Assembly (NCBI GenBank): GCA_963845085.1
Contig: CAWJQI010000004.1
Coordinates: 160,001 to 224,000 of the forward strand
Reading direction: 5' to 3'
DNA length: 64,000 nt
From: Candidatus Fermentibacterota bacterium
Lineage (GTDB): Bacteria; Fermentibacterota; Fermentibacteria; Fermentibacterales; JCC-6
Position 1 is the stretch's first letter; every line of letters begins with the position of its first letter. The notes beneath the pieces were generated by a model. The model was not told the DNA's origin, searched no databases, and worked only from the letters and a program-made list of their open reading frames with translations. Made by a program: the position numbers and the translations under genes. This document shows, in pieces, positions 1-7,844 of this stretch.

Positions 1-1
1 C

Positions 2-661
2 GGGGGCGATGGCAACGATGAGAGCCGAGCTGCGGGCTCTCTCGGTGAACCAGTTCTCCTCGGGCAGCCGGCTTTCTGTACTCACCCTCTCAAGACATTT
101 CCAGCCCTCATCGGTCCAGACTTCCGGCCATGCATGGTTGCCGTCAACTGTCAGCCACCACGGCGTATACGCCTGTCTGCAGGGAATACCGACGCTGCGG
201 AGGGCGCACATGAAGAAGACCGTAAGCTCCTCGCACCGGCCTATCCCCGAACTCCATGTAACAAGCGGCGACTGGTCGCGCAGCTGTGTGTGCCTGTAAT
301 CGGTGATCGAGTCGCTCCATGCGCTTACAAGGATGACCGCCTCCTCGATGTCGGTCACCCCCCTTACTACGGGCAGAACATGCTCCATGAACACCGGTCG
401 CCACGCAGTGAGGGGTTCCTGGCTTACCCTCGCGGGAAGCACATACCGGAGGAAAACACTGTCGGGAATCTCGTCACCCCAGGGCAGCGAGTCCCGCGTC
501 CAGAGAGCCAGCTCCGTGTTCTCGACAATCACGGACAGGTTGGGTTCCACTCCGTCTGCGGCCGGGGATCTCGACAGCAGGAACTCAACACATCCATCCG
601 TTGAAAGCGCGGCGACAGCTGACAGCATCACAACGGAAACAGGCGGCAAGTTAAGCTCCAT
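2..661 (-). CDS. Transglutaminase-like domain protein (3' part runs off the window)
   Basis: Not in the ORF track; translated by hand from ATG 661: MELNLPPVSVVMLSAVAALS...FLRYVLPARVSQEPL...GIGRCEELTVFFMCALRSVGIPCRQAYTPWW...GNHAWPEVWTDEGW...NWFTERAR. Shows the Cys (GRCEE) and His/Glu (NHAWPEVW) motifs; frame is open to the window edge. Confidence 0.85.
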   Translation of the reverse strand, partial: MELNLPPVSVVMLSAVAALSTDGCVEFLLSRSPAADGVEPNLSVIVENTELALWTRDSLPWGDEIPDSVFLRYVLPARVSQEPLTAWRPVFMEHVLPVVRGVTDIEEAVILVSAWSDSITDYRHTQLRDQSPLVTWSSGIGRCEELTVFFMCALRSVGIPCRQAYTPWWLTVDGNHAWPEVWTDEGWKCLERVSTESRLPEENWFTERARSSALIVAIAP

Positions 662-680
662 TCAGTTGTTCCACGCACAT

Positions 681-708
681 AGAGAAGGGGGAGGCCGAAG
701 CCTCCCCC
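681..708 (-). terminator. Rho-independent terminator after the 732..1397 gene
   Basis: Minus strand GGGGGAGGC-TTCG-GCCTCCCCC (9-bp stem, UUCG loop) followed by TTCTCT. Confidence 0.7.
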
Positions 709-731
709 GGGAATCCACATGAATCAGCGGT

Positions 732-1397
732 CTAGAAAAGGGTCTTGATGGCGCCCCAGCTGTCGCGGGTGAGGGCGGTGCTGCCGCTGAGGATCATGAA
801 CTGCTCGTAGGGCGCGCCCCACTCGGTCTGGCTGCTGGACCAGGAGGAACCGTTGTTGGCGCTGAAGTAGGTCATGTCGGCCCAGGTCTGGTTGGTGGCA
901 AGCCAGTAGTGAGCGCCGGCGCCGCCGGTGGTCTGCATGGCCAACCAGTACTTTGTTCCACCGGTGAAGGTGATGTTGCCAACGGTGATGTCGGAGTACC
1001 AGAGGGCGTATCCCCAGGAGCTGAACCCGGTGCTGATGTGGTTCACGGCGCTGGAGGTGTGGCTGCTGACGATGCTGCCCGGTCCGGGGGCACCCTCGGC
1101 GCGAAGCTGGATGTTGTAGCCGGTGGCGTTGCCGCTGGCGTAGATGGCCCAGATTTCGATTCTGTCAATGTAGCCACCGTAGGCGTAGGTGAAGTCGTCG
1201 GCGATCATCCAGCTGTTGGGGGAGCTGAAACCGACGCCGTTCACGAGGCCGGCGAACACGAAGGGCTGCGAGCAGATGATGTCATCACCGGCGATTTCCG
1301 GGATGATGGTTACTGCATCGCTGAGATGACCAAGGCTGGTGTCAGCTGCAAGGGCAAACCCTGCGAGCACAATGGTAAGCAGAGCAAAAATTCTCAT
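732..1397 (-). CDS. Secreted protein with C-terminal 'ALTRDSWGAIKTLF' motif
   Basis: Sec signal peptide (MRIFALLTIVLAGFALA/A), AGGAGAGG RBS, Ser/Gly/Trp-rich beta-type body, short WGxIK tail. Confidence 0.85.
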   Translation of the reverse strand: MRIFALLTIVLAGFALAADTSLGHLSDAVTIIPEIAGDDIICSQPFVFAGLVNGVGFSSPNSWMIADDFTYAYGGYIDRIEIWAIYASGNATGYNIQLRAEGAPGPGSIVSSHTSSAVNHISTGFSSWGYALWYSDITVGNITFTGGTKYWLAMQTTGGAGAHYWLATNQTWADMTYFSANNGSSWSSSQTEWGAPYEQFMILSGSTALTRDSWGAIKTLF

Positions 1398-1440
1398 GAG
1401 CCTCTCCTAGGTTGGGGTTACGCAAAAAAGGAACGTGGGG

Positions 1441-1469
1441 TAAATAGCAGACCCGGTGCATGGTGTCAA
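1441..1469 (-). promoter_or_regulatory. Sigma70-type promoter for the WGAIK-tail protein gene
   Basis: Minus strand TTGACA-N17-TATTTA with TG extended -10. Confidence 0.65.
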
Positions 1470-1485
1470 GCCCAGTCCTGTCGGT

Positions 1486-3003
1486 TCATTCCTCTCTCAT
1501 CCACTGGCCGGGATCTGCCGGAAGATCGTCCAGAACGGATCTGTTTACGGTGACCCCGAATCGCTCCCGAATCTCCGAAAGGAATTCTTCCATTGCGGCG
1601 GCTTCAAGTCTCAGCCTCGCGGATTCCTCGAGCCTGGGCCCTATCTCCTCGATGGTCGCGGGACGGGGTGCAATGACTTCGAGAAGGCGGAAGGCGGCGA
1701 AGTAGCCGGGTTCCACCTCGAAGGGACCCTGCCATGTGACGGTATCTTCCGGGGCGATCCCGAAAAGGGCTTCCGCGATACCGCCCGGTATCTCGGCCCG
1801 CATGAGGGGGCGGGTGATTCCCGGATCGCCTCCGGGAACGGCCAGTTCCGACAGCGGGGGGAAGGCACCGGGGTCGGAACCATCCATCATCGAGCGCCTC
1901 AGGTCCGGAAGATCTTCAAGATGGGCTGATGCCGTGGCAAAGACCCGCAGTTCAGCCGTCATTACGGGTTCAGGCAGCCGGGAGTACTCCTCCTCGAGGT
2001 CCGCACTGGAAACAACCACAACACTGTCCATCCGATTTCGAACGAGCCTTTCGATCGCAAGCCCCCGTCTGAAACTCTCTGACGCCGTCTGAAGGGAATC
2101 CGCGAGCTCCGGATAGTTTTCACGGAGAACATTCGTATAGTGGCTCTGCATGATCAGGTTTTCCGCAATCATGTCCATCCAGTAGGCTGAAGCCTCGACA
2201 GGTGCAAACCTGGTCCGGATGAAGGCAACCTCCCGTTCAAGTTCCCGGCGCGTCCAGTTCCCGACGGGCGAGGAGACAACTACGGAATCTCCGGGAAGCA
2301 TGTCCAGCGAAGTGAAGTCCCTGTCTATTCGTGTCGCTCCATCCCCGAGCAGGGCTGCGTAATCCCGCAGGTAGCCGAAACGCTCCCTGCCGAATCCGAT
2401 CAGTTGCACAATGATGCTGTCAGGCTCACTCGAGTGCGGCTGGCCTGGATCGATTCGGGAAACAAGGTTCACCGTTCCGAAGTCCTCGACCTCCACGCTG
2501 TCACCCTGGGAAATTCCCGCAAGGGCTGTTGCCAGTTCCCGCGGAAGTTCGCCCAGAGGCAGGGGAATGGCCGGACACACGACTTCTGCGGTGAAGAGCA
2601 CCTGGATTCCCTCGTTCTCCCTCCAGAATGCGATGTCGGATTCATCAACCGCCGCCATCTCGACTTCGGCTGTCAGGCGTCTCGCGAGTGTTGCACACTC
2701 CACCCGAAACCAGGAAGCTGCATCGAGGGCAAGAGAGGTGTCCTGCAGGAGCCCGGATGAGTCAGCCAGGATCTCAAGAGCCATCTTCCCGGCAAGGGCA
2801 TCAACGAACTCAGCGGCAGGGTTCTCAGCTTCCAGGAATACAGCCCGCTCCTCAACCGTGAGCGACTCCCACATCTCTGCGGCAGTCCGCACCGAGACAG
2901 TATCCGTGGCCGATGTGACAAGCGGCTTGTCACCATCGTCGCCCGGGGATGAGCAACCCGACAGCAGAATGGCGGCAAAGGCCACCGATGCAAGACTCCT
3001 CAT
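1486..3003 (-). CDS. Lipoprotein, SurA/PpiC-like peptidyl-prolyl isomerase/chaperone fold
   Basis: Lipobox LLSG-C; C-terminus GPFEVEPGYFAAFRLLEV...TIEEIGPRLEE...FLSEIRERFGVTVNRSVL resembles parvulin/SurA-family foldases; AGGAGAG RBS. Confidence 0.65.
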   Translation of the reverse strand: MRSLASVAFAAILLSGCSSPGDDGDKPLVTSATDTVSVRTAAEMWESLTVEERAVFLEAENPAAEFVDALAGKMALEILADSSGLLQDTSLALDAASWFRVECATLARRLTAEVEMAAVDESDIAFWRENEGIQVLFTAEVVCPAIPLPLGELPRELATALAGISQGDSVEVEDFGTVNLVSRIDPGQPHSSEPDSIIVQLIGFGRERFGYLRDYAALLGDGATRIDRDFTSLDMLPGDSVVVSSPVGNWTRRELEREVAFIRTRFAPVEASAYWMDMIAENLIMQSHYTNVLRENYPELADSLQTASESFRRGLAIERLVRNRMDSVVVVSSADLEEEYSRLPEPVMTAELRVFATASAHLEDLPDLRRSMMDGSDPGAFPPLSELAVPGGDPGITRPLMRAEIPGGIAEALFGIAPEDTVTWQGPFEVEPGYFAAFRLLEVIAPRPATIEEIGPRLEESARLRLEAAAMEEFLSEIRERFGVTVNRSVLDDLPADPGQWMREE

Positions 3004-3130
3004 GGTACTCTCCTGTTTTGCGTGGCCGGCGGCGAAACCGGGGCATGTGCACAGCGCGACGCCGGAACCGAGTTTGATGTGTCAAACATAGTGGTCCCGG
3101 GTCGGAAAAGAACACCGGGTCGAAATGCAG

Positions 3131-3158
3131 CGGGAGGGGCAGGTTGCTGCCCCTCCCG
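3131..3158 (-). terminator. Hairpin/terminator downstream of the VIT-vWA gene
   Basis: Perfect 12-bp stem CGGGAGGGGCAG-gttg-CTGCCCCTCCCG, 15 nt past the stop; weak U-tract. Confidence 0.55.
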
Positions 3159-3173
3159 TATTACTGGGTGATT

Positions 3174-5462
3174 TCAGTTGACCTGGAACACCACGGTCAT
3201 GGTTCCCGGACCGCCGCCCGCGACGGATCTGCCGGCAAGCCATTGCACCGCTCTCTGCCCAAGCGTGCGCAATCCAGTCGTGTTCTCAGCCACTTCCACG
3301 GCAGTGACTCTGCCTTCCGGATCAAGGGTGATTTCAAGGGTCAGGGTTCCTGTGATCCCTTCCTCCGCGTCGAGCAGCGGCTGGAGCTCGCCGACGAGTT
3401 CGATCATGAGGCCTCTGACCACCGAAGGCCTGGCGCCGAGGTTGTCACCAACGGAGAACAGGCTGATGACCGGTCTAGGAGCGGCGTACACGGCCGAGTA
3501 GTCGTAGGCGTCCTCTCCTGCTTCACATTCAGTGGCGACCCGGCTCATCGATGCTCCGCTTGAACCACCGTTCATGGCGTATCCGCCGACGGGGCTGGGC
3601 GATGACGCAACCTGTCCAAACACGCCCTGGTAGCTCACCCCCACAGGCATGTTCACAGGCACATCGACTCGCAGCGGCTCCCCTCCAGCACCGATCCTTG
3701 TTTCCGAGTCGACGGCCACAAATGCGGTGTACTCACAAAGGACCCTGTAATCGAGGCTTACGCCGATCATGCTCTCGGTGATCTCCTGCCTCGCGTCTGC
3801 GTCAAGTTCGGGTGAGTAGCCCTGCCTGCGGAGGGCAGCAAGCCTTCGTGAAGCCCAGAGCCGGTCAGCCGCCTCAGTGCCTTCGCCGGGCTGCGGAAGT
3901 GTGATGCTGATGTTTCTTGTCCAAGGGCGGCCGCCCAGTGTTCCGGTCACGCGGAGTGTCCCGGTGCCCGGCCTTGTGAAGCGGCCCGAGATCACCAGGG
4001 GTTCGCCGTCGAACAGGTCCCTGGTTCCACCGAACTGGCAATCGGTCACCGAAAGGTCGCCCCAGTCCAGCTCGATGCCAACCAGATAAGGGTTGTTGAT
4101 CTTCCTGTAAATCTCCCCCACGGCTTCGGCCGGCTCATCGTTGTAACCGACATAGACAGCGCTTCCCATACCCTCTTCGGCGAGACCCTCGATGAGATAC
4201 CTGTTGACGCTCGACCCGACACCAATGCTGAACAGCCTGGTGTTGTCGCGCACGGTAGTCTGAAGCTCTCCCAGGATTTCAGATTCGTTGCCGATATAGC
4301 CGTCGGTCAAAAAGATGATGTAGCGTATCCTCTCGGGGTCCTCGGGGTAACCGATTGCCGCTCTGATGCCCTCTATCATCATTGTTCCGCCCATGCCGCT
4401 GAGCGAGTTTATGTACTCAACCCCTGTTCTGATGTTTTCGGGAGTGTTCGGGAGCGGGTGGCTGCTCATTGCGCTTGCCGTTTCACTGAAGCGCATGATC
4501 TGGAATGAATCCCCGGGGTTCATCCCCTGAACGAAGCGCCGCACCGTTTCCTTGGCGACCTCCATTGGCTGGCCGCTCATCGAACCCGAGCAGTCGATTA
4601 CGAAGAACATCTCCTTCGGTGCAATGAGATCCCTCTCAACTGAAGCGTCCGGCTCGAGCATCAGCATGAAGTGACCGCCGAGGGCTCCGTTGTGGGCGAC
4701 GAACCCCGAACCGATGCCGTCAGTGGCCGTCCTGTACCTGAGAACGAAATCCCGGTTGGGGATCGTTTCGCCCTGTGCAAGGGTGAGAAGGGGAAGTTCA
4801 TCCTGTTTTTCTGCGTCGATCTCGTGGTTGACCGATTCAAGCCATCGGACAGGCATCCCCGGATCAAGCAACACGGAAAGCTCGATGTCGTATCCTGCCC
4901 TCGTGCCCTCCGGAACAACCGGTGGAGCGATTCTGGCCGCATCGGCGACATTTTCCGGTATGAACCTCGGGCCAACGACCATGGGGAATGACAGCTCCCA
5001 CGTTCCCGATTCGTACTTCACCGGTGCCGTGTACTCGATTTCGATCACGATGCTGTCGCCGGGAAGGATGTTCCCGACGGTCTGGGTGAAGATGTTTGGC
5101 CTCTCCTGTTCGAGCAGGGCAGCGGTCTGTCCGCTCTGGATCGCCTCGTCATAGATCCTCTGCGCCTGGCTGCGCTCGTGTATGTCTCCGATGATGTGCC
5201 TGTCGCCAATGAACATGTCCATTCTGGAGACAGCTCCATCTTCCGGAAGAGGAAAGACGTAGACCGCTTCGATGGGCGTGTCGTACGGGTTGCCGTAGAC
5301 CTGCCTGACAATGCCGATCTGGTAGATGCCGCTGACCGTGATCTCCGCGGAAGTGTGTTCGAGGGGAAGATCCGCGACTATCTCACCGTCATGCACCACA
5401 CCCATCCTTGAGTACTCCGGCGTGGCTGCCGCCAACGCAAGGGCCAGAAGAACCTCTGTCAT
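3174..5462 (-). CDS. VIT + von Willebrand factor A domain protein with C-terminal TonB_C/AgmX-like domain
   Basis: Signal peptide; VIT motifs (IEAVYVFPLP, ALLEQERPNIF); MIDAS DCSGSMSG and FLTDG; C-terminal GTLTLEITLDPEGRVTAVEV. Confidence 0.88.
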   Translation of the reverse strand: MTEVLLALALAAATPEYSRMGVVHDGEIVADLPLEHTSAEITVSGIYQIGIVRQVYGNPYDTPIEAVYVFPLPEDGAVSRMDMFIGDRHIIGDIHERSQAQRIYDEAIQSGQTAALLEQERPNIFTQTVGNILPGDSIVIEIEYTAPVKYESGTWELSFPMVVGPRFIPENVADAARIAPPVVPEGTRAGYDIELSVLLDPGMPVRWLESVNHEIDAEKQDELPLLTLAQGETIPNRDFVLRYRTATDGIGSGFVAHNGALGGHFMLMLEPDASVERDLIAPKEMFFVIDCSGSMSGQPMEVAKETVRRFVQGMNPGDSFQIMRFSETASAMSSHPLPNTPENIRTGVEYINSLSGMGGTMMIEGIRAAIGYPEDPERIRYIIFLTDGYIGNESEILGELQTTVRDNTRLFSIGVGSSVNRYLIEGLAEEGMGSAVYVGYNDEPAEAVGEIYRKINNPYLVGIELDWGDLSVTDCQFGGTRDLFDGEPLVISGRFTRPGTGTLRVTGTLGGRPWTRNISITLPQPGEGTEAADRLWASRRLAALRRQGYSPELDADARQEITESMIGVSLDYRVLCEYTAFVAVDSETRIGAGGEPLRVDVPVNMPVGVSYQGVFGQVASSPSPVGGYAMNGGSSGASMSRVATECEAGEDAYDYSAVYAAPRPVISLFSVGDNLGARPSVVRGLMIELVGELQPLLDAEEGITGTLTLEITLDPEGRVTAVEVAENTTGLRTLGQRAVQWLAGRSVAGGGPGTMTVVFQVN

Positions 5463-5556
5463 GCCAATCTCCTTTCGTGTTCATTCAGTCCACGAAAGGT
5501 CTACAGCAGGAACGGGTCGTCTATTCCAGGGCTATATTAGCGGCATGGAGGAACGC

Positions 5557-5754
5557 ATGATAGCGGTGAACGGTGAACCCCTTCAGTGGCATGAGGGCAT
5601 GACAATCAGGGACGTTCTGACCTTGAAGGGGTACGTCTTCAGAATGCTGGTAGTCAGAATCAACGGCAGGGTGATACAAAAGGGCGATTTTGACACCACC
5701 TGCATCCCCGATGGCGCCACCGTTGATGTCATCCACCTGATCTCCGGCGGCTAA
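5557..5754 (+). CDS. thiS: Sulfur carrier protein, ThiS/MoaD family
   Basis: 65 aa MIAVNGE...VVRING...DVIHLISGG ending in di-Gly; GGAGG RBS before ATG 5557. Confidence 0.88.
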   Translation: MIAVNGEPLQWHEGMTIRDVLTLKGYVFRMLVVRINGRVIQKGDFDTTCIPDGATVDVIHLISGG

Positions 5755-5758
5755 AACC

Positions 5759-6035
5759 AGGGGACGGACTAAGATAAGTTAGATTACAGGTTTATCTAAT
5801 TGTTCTGTAACTACTTATGAGACTGGATCAAAAAACACGAGTCCATACAATTGACCAGTGGTCCGATATCAGCCTCCAGCTTCTGTGTTAGGATTTCAAT
5901 CCTGGTCGAACCTTCATTCAACCGGATTCGTCCTGTAATGGAATAAGCACTGATCGTACAATGAGAAGGGCAACCATACCCGGTTGCCCTCTTTCTCTTT
6001 TCGTTGGTAATCTAATCTACCTTAGTCCGTCCCCT
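5759..6035. repeat. ~277-bp AT-rich non-coding segment bounded by 29-bp imperfect inverted repeats (MITE/REP-like)
   Basis: Left arm AGGGGACGGACTAAGATAAGTTAGATTAC (5759-5787) matches the reverse complement of 6007-6035 (AGGGGACGGACTAAGGTAGATTAGATTAC) at 26/29 positions. Confidence 0.8.
5967..6001 (+). terminator. Terminator-like hairpin inside the inverted-repeat element
   Basis: AGGGCAACC-n6-GGTTGCCCT followed by CTTTCTCTTTT. Confidence 0.55.
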
Positions 6036-6040
6036 AAGTG

Positions 6041-7756
6041 TCAGCGGATGACGGTCATCCTTGTGGCGGCAGAACCCGAGGGGGTTTCCGCACGAATGAA
6101 ATACATGCCGCTTCCAATGCCTTCGGGCAGGCTCCAGAGAAAACTGTGGCTGCCTCCGGAAAGCTGTCCCGAGTGCACCCGCGCCACGACTCTTCCCGTC
6201 ACGTCGAAGACATCGAGCGACACTGAGCCTTCCGTGGGAACAAAGAGCGAGAAGGTGGCTGAAGATGTCACCGGGTTGGGATGTACCCCGGACAGGACAG
6301 GTTCCGCGGACGGCAGCCCGGCGCTGCTTTCGCCCCCGGTTCCAACCAGCTCAAGGGCAGCCAGTGCGGCCTGGTAGGCATCGACTCGTCCAGCGCCGAA
6401 TACGTTGTCCTTTCCGGCCGCTCCCAGGTCAAGCGATGTCAATTCGATGATCGAATCAAGCTGGGCCACGCTCAGCTCAGGATTTATGCTGAGAAGAAGC
6501 GCTGCAACGCCTGCAAGATGCGGAGTGGCCATGGATGTGCCGCTCATCGTGGTATACCCGCCGCCGAGCTGTGTGCTGAGAACATCGACTCCCGGGCCGC
6601 TTATGTCGGGGCTGATCAGAGGCGTTGAGCTGCCGTAGTCGTTCCACGGCGCCACGGTAAGCCACCAGGTGACAGGCCCCCTGCTCGAAAAGCCGGCGAT
6701 GTTGTCACCGGAATCGGTTGCGCCAACCGTCACGACCGCGGTCTGCCCTCCATGGAAAATCTGGTCTGGATGGAACCACGGGGGAGGGCAGTCACCGCTT
6801 GCCCGGATCGTTCCGGCACCGGGCCCACTGTTGCCAGCTGCCACACTGTGGTAGATGCCGGCAAGAAGAACATTCTCCTCGGCCGCCCGCAGTGTGGCAT
6901 TGCCGACGGGAGTTGTTCCCATCGACATGGAGAGAACCGATGCGCCGTGCTCGGCAGCGAATTCCATGGCCTGGATCCAGGTAGGGAACCCGCCAGTGTA
7001 GTAGTAGATGCGAAGGGCCATGATGGTGGCGGAGGGCGCCACTCCGGTCTCGGTGCCGGAAGCACCGTCACCTGCCACGGTTCCTGCACAATGGGTGCCA
7101 TGCCCGTAATCATCCATGGGGTCATACGGGTCGCCCGACCCGTAGAAGCTGTACCCGTAATGGTAACCAGCAGCGGTGTCATGCCACATGTTGTTGCCGA
7201 GATCGGGATGGGTGTAGTCAACACCTGTGTCGATGACTCCGACAATCACGCCCTGACCCTCGTAGCCGAGCGCCCACACCGAAGGGGCATTGATCGTGGA
7301 AACTCCCCACGCCACGGCGCGACTCACTTCCTCGCGCGATGGATCCCTGACCTCGACCGGCTCAATCAGCCCCGCCTCAGGGTATCCGTTGTCAATGAAG
7401 CGCACGTCGGATCTGGCTGCCAGAAGCCTTATCGTTTCAGGATCGGTCTCACAATAGAACCCGTTGAGCAGCCAGAAGGGGGTCAGGCCGGAAACCGGGC
7501 GATCCTCAAGAAAGGCGAGAACGGAGGCCTGGGAGAGGGCTGCGTCGGATTTCAGCGCCTCCACAACGAACTGCCGTCTTTCGGACCGGTTCATACTTTC
7601 AGCTACGGTTTCGATCCAATCCACATCAAGCGATCCCTCGACATGCACGACAATCGGAATCGACCCCCCCGGAGGCGACAGGTTCATGCTGCAGACAAGG
7701 TCCGGATGGATTACCCCCGAACTTCCAATGATCAGGGACAACAGCAGAGTGCTCAT
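6041..7756 (-). CDS. S8 (subtilisin-like) serine peptidase with T9SS/FlgD-like C-terminal domain (downstream copy)
   Basis: Triad IDTGV / GHGTHCAG / GTSMATPH; oxyanion AAGN; C-terminal PNPV...DVFDVTGRVV...GMYFIR. Confidence 0.93.
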   Translation of the reverse strand: MSTLLLSLIIGSSGVIHPDLVCSMNLSPPGGSIPIVVHVEGSLDVDWIETVAESMNRSERRQFVVEALKSDAALSQASVLAFLEDRPVSGLTPFWLLNGFYCETDPETIRLLAARSDVRFIDNGYPEAGLIEPVEVRDPSREEVSRAVAWGVSTINAPSVWALGYEGQGVIVGVIDTGVDYTHPDLGNNMWHDTAAGYHYGYSFYGSGDPYDPMDDYGHGTHCAGTVAGDGASGTETGVAPSATIMALRIYYYTGGFPTWIQAMEFAAEHGASVLSMSMGTTPVGNATLRAAEENVLLAGIYHSVAAGNSGPGAGTIRASGDCPPPWFHPDQIFHGGQTAVVTVGATDSGDNIAGFSSRGPVTWWLTVAPWNDYGSSTPLISPDISGPGVDVLSTQLGGGYTTMSGTSMATPHLAGVAALLLSINPELSVAQLDSIIELTSLDLGAAGKDNVFGAGRVDAYQAALAALELVGTGGESSAGLPSAEPVLSGVHPNPVTSSATFSLFVPTEGSVSLDVFDVTGRVVARVHSGQLSGGSHSFLWSLPEGIGSGMYFIRAETPSGSAATRMTVIR

Positions 7757-7790
7757 ATCTCAACCCTTCAGACCCGGCTCGCGGCCGGAA

Positions 7791-7830
7791 ACAAGAAAAG
7801 GCGGCCCGCCCTTCATGAGAGCGGGCCGCC
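7791..7830 (-). terminator. Rho-independent terminator between the subtilase paralogues
   Basis: 10-bp stem GGCGGCCCGC/GCGGGCCGCC followed on the minus strand by TTTTCTTGT. Confidence 0.75.
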
Positions 7831-7844
7831 CTGCAGAAACTCTA

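Noticed and set aside
9..722. Plus-strand ORFs 9..299, 134..604 and 303..722
   Set aside because: Antisense shadows of the minus-strand transglutaminase gene; no motifs.
3072..3087. Short palindrome TTTGATGTGTCAAA resembling an FNR/CRP site
   Set aside because: Spacing does not match TTGAT-N4-ATCAA; too short to support.
5759..6035. CRISPR array or autonomous IS
   Set aside because: Repeats are inverted and only two here; no spacers, cas genes or transposase ORF.
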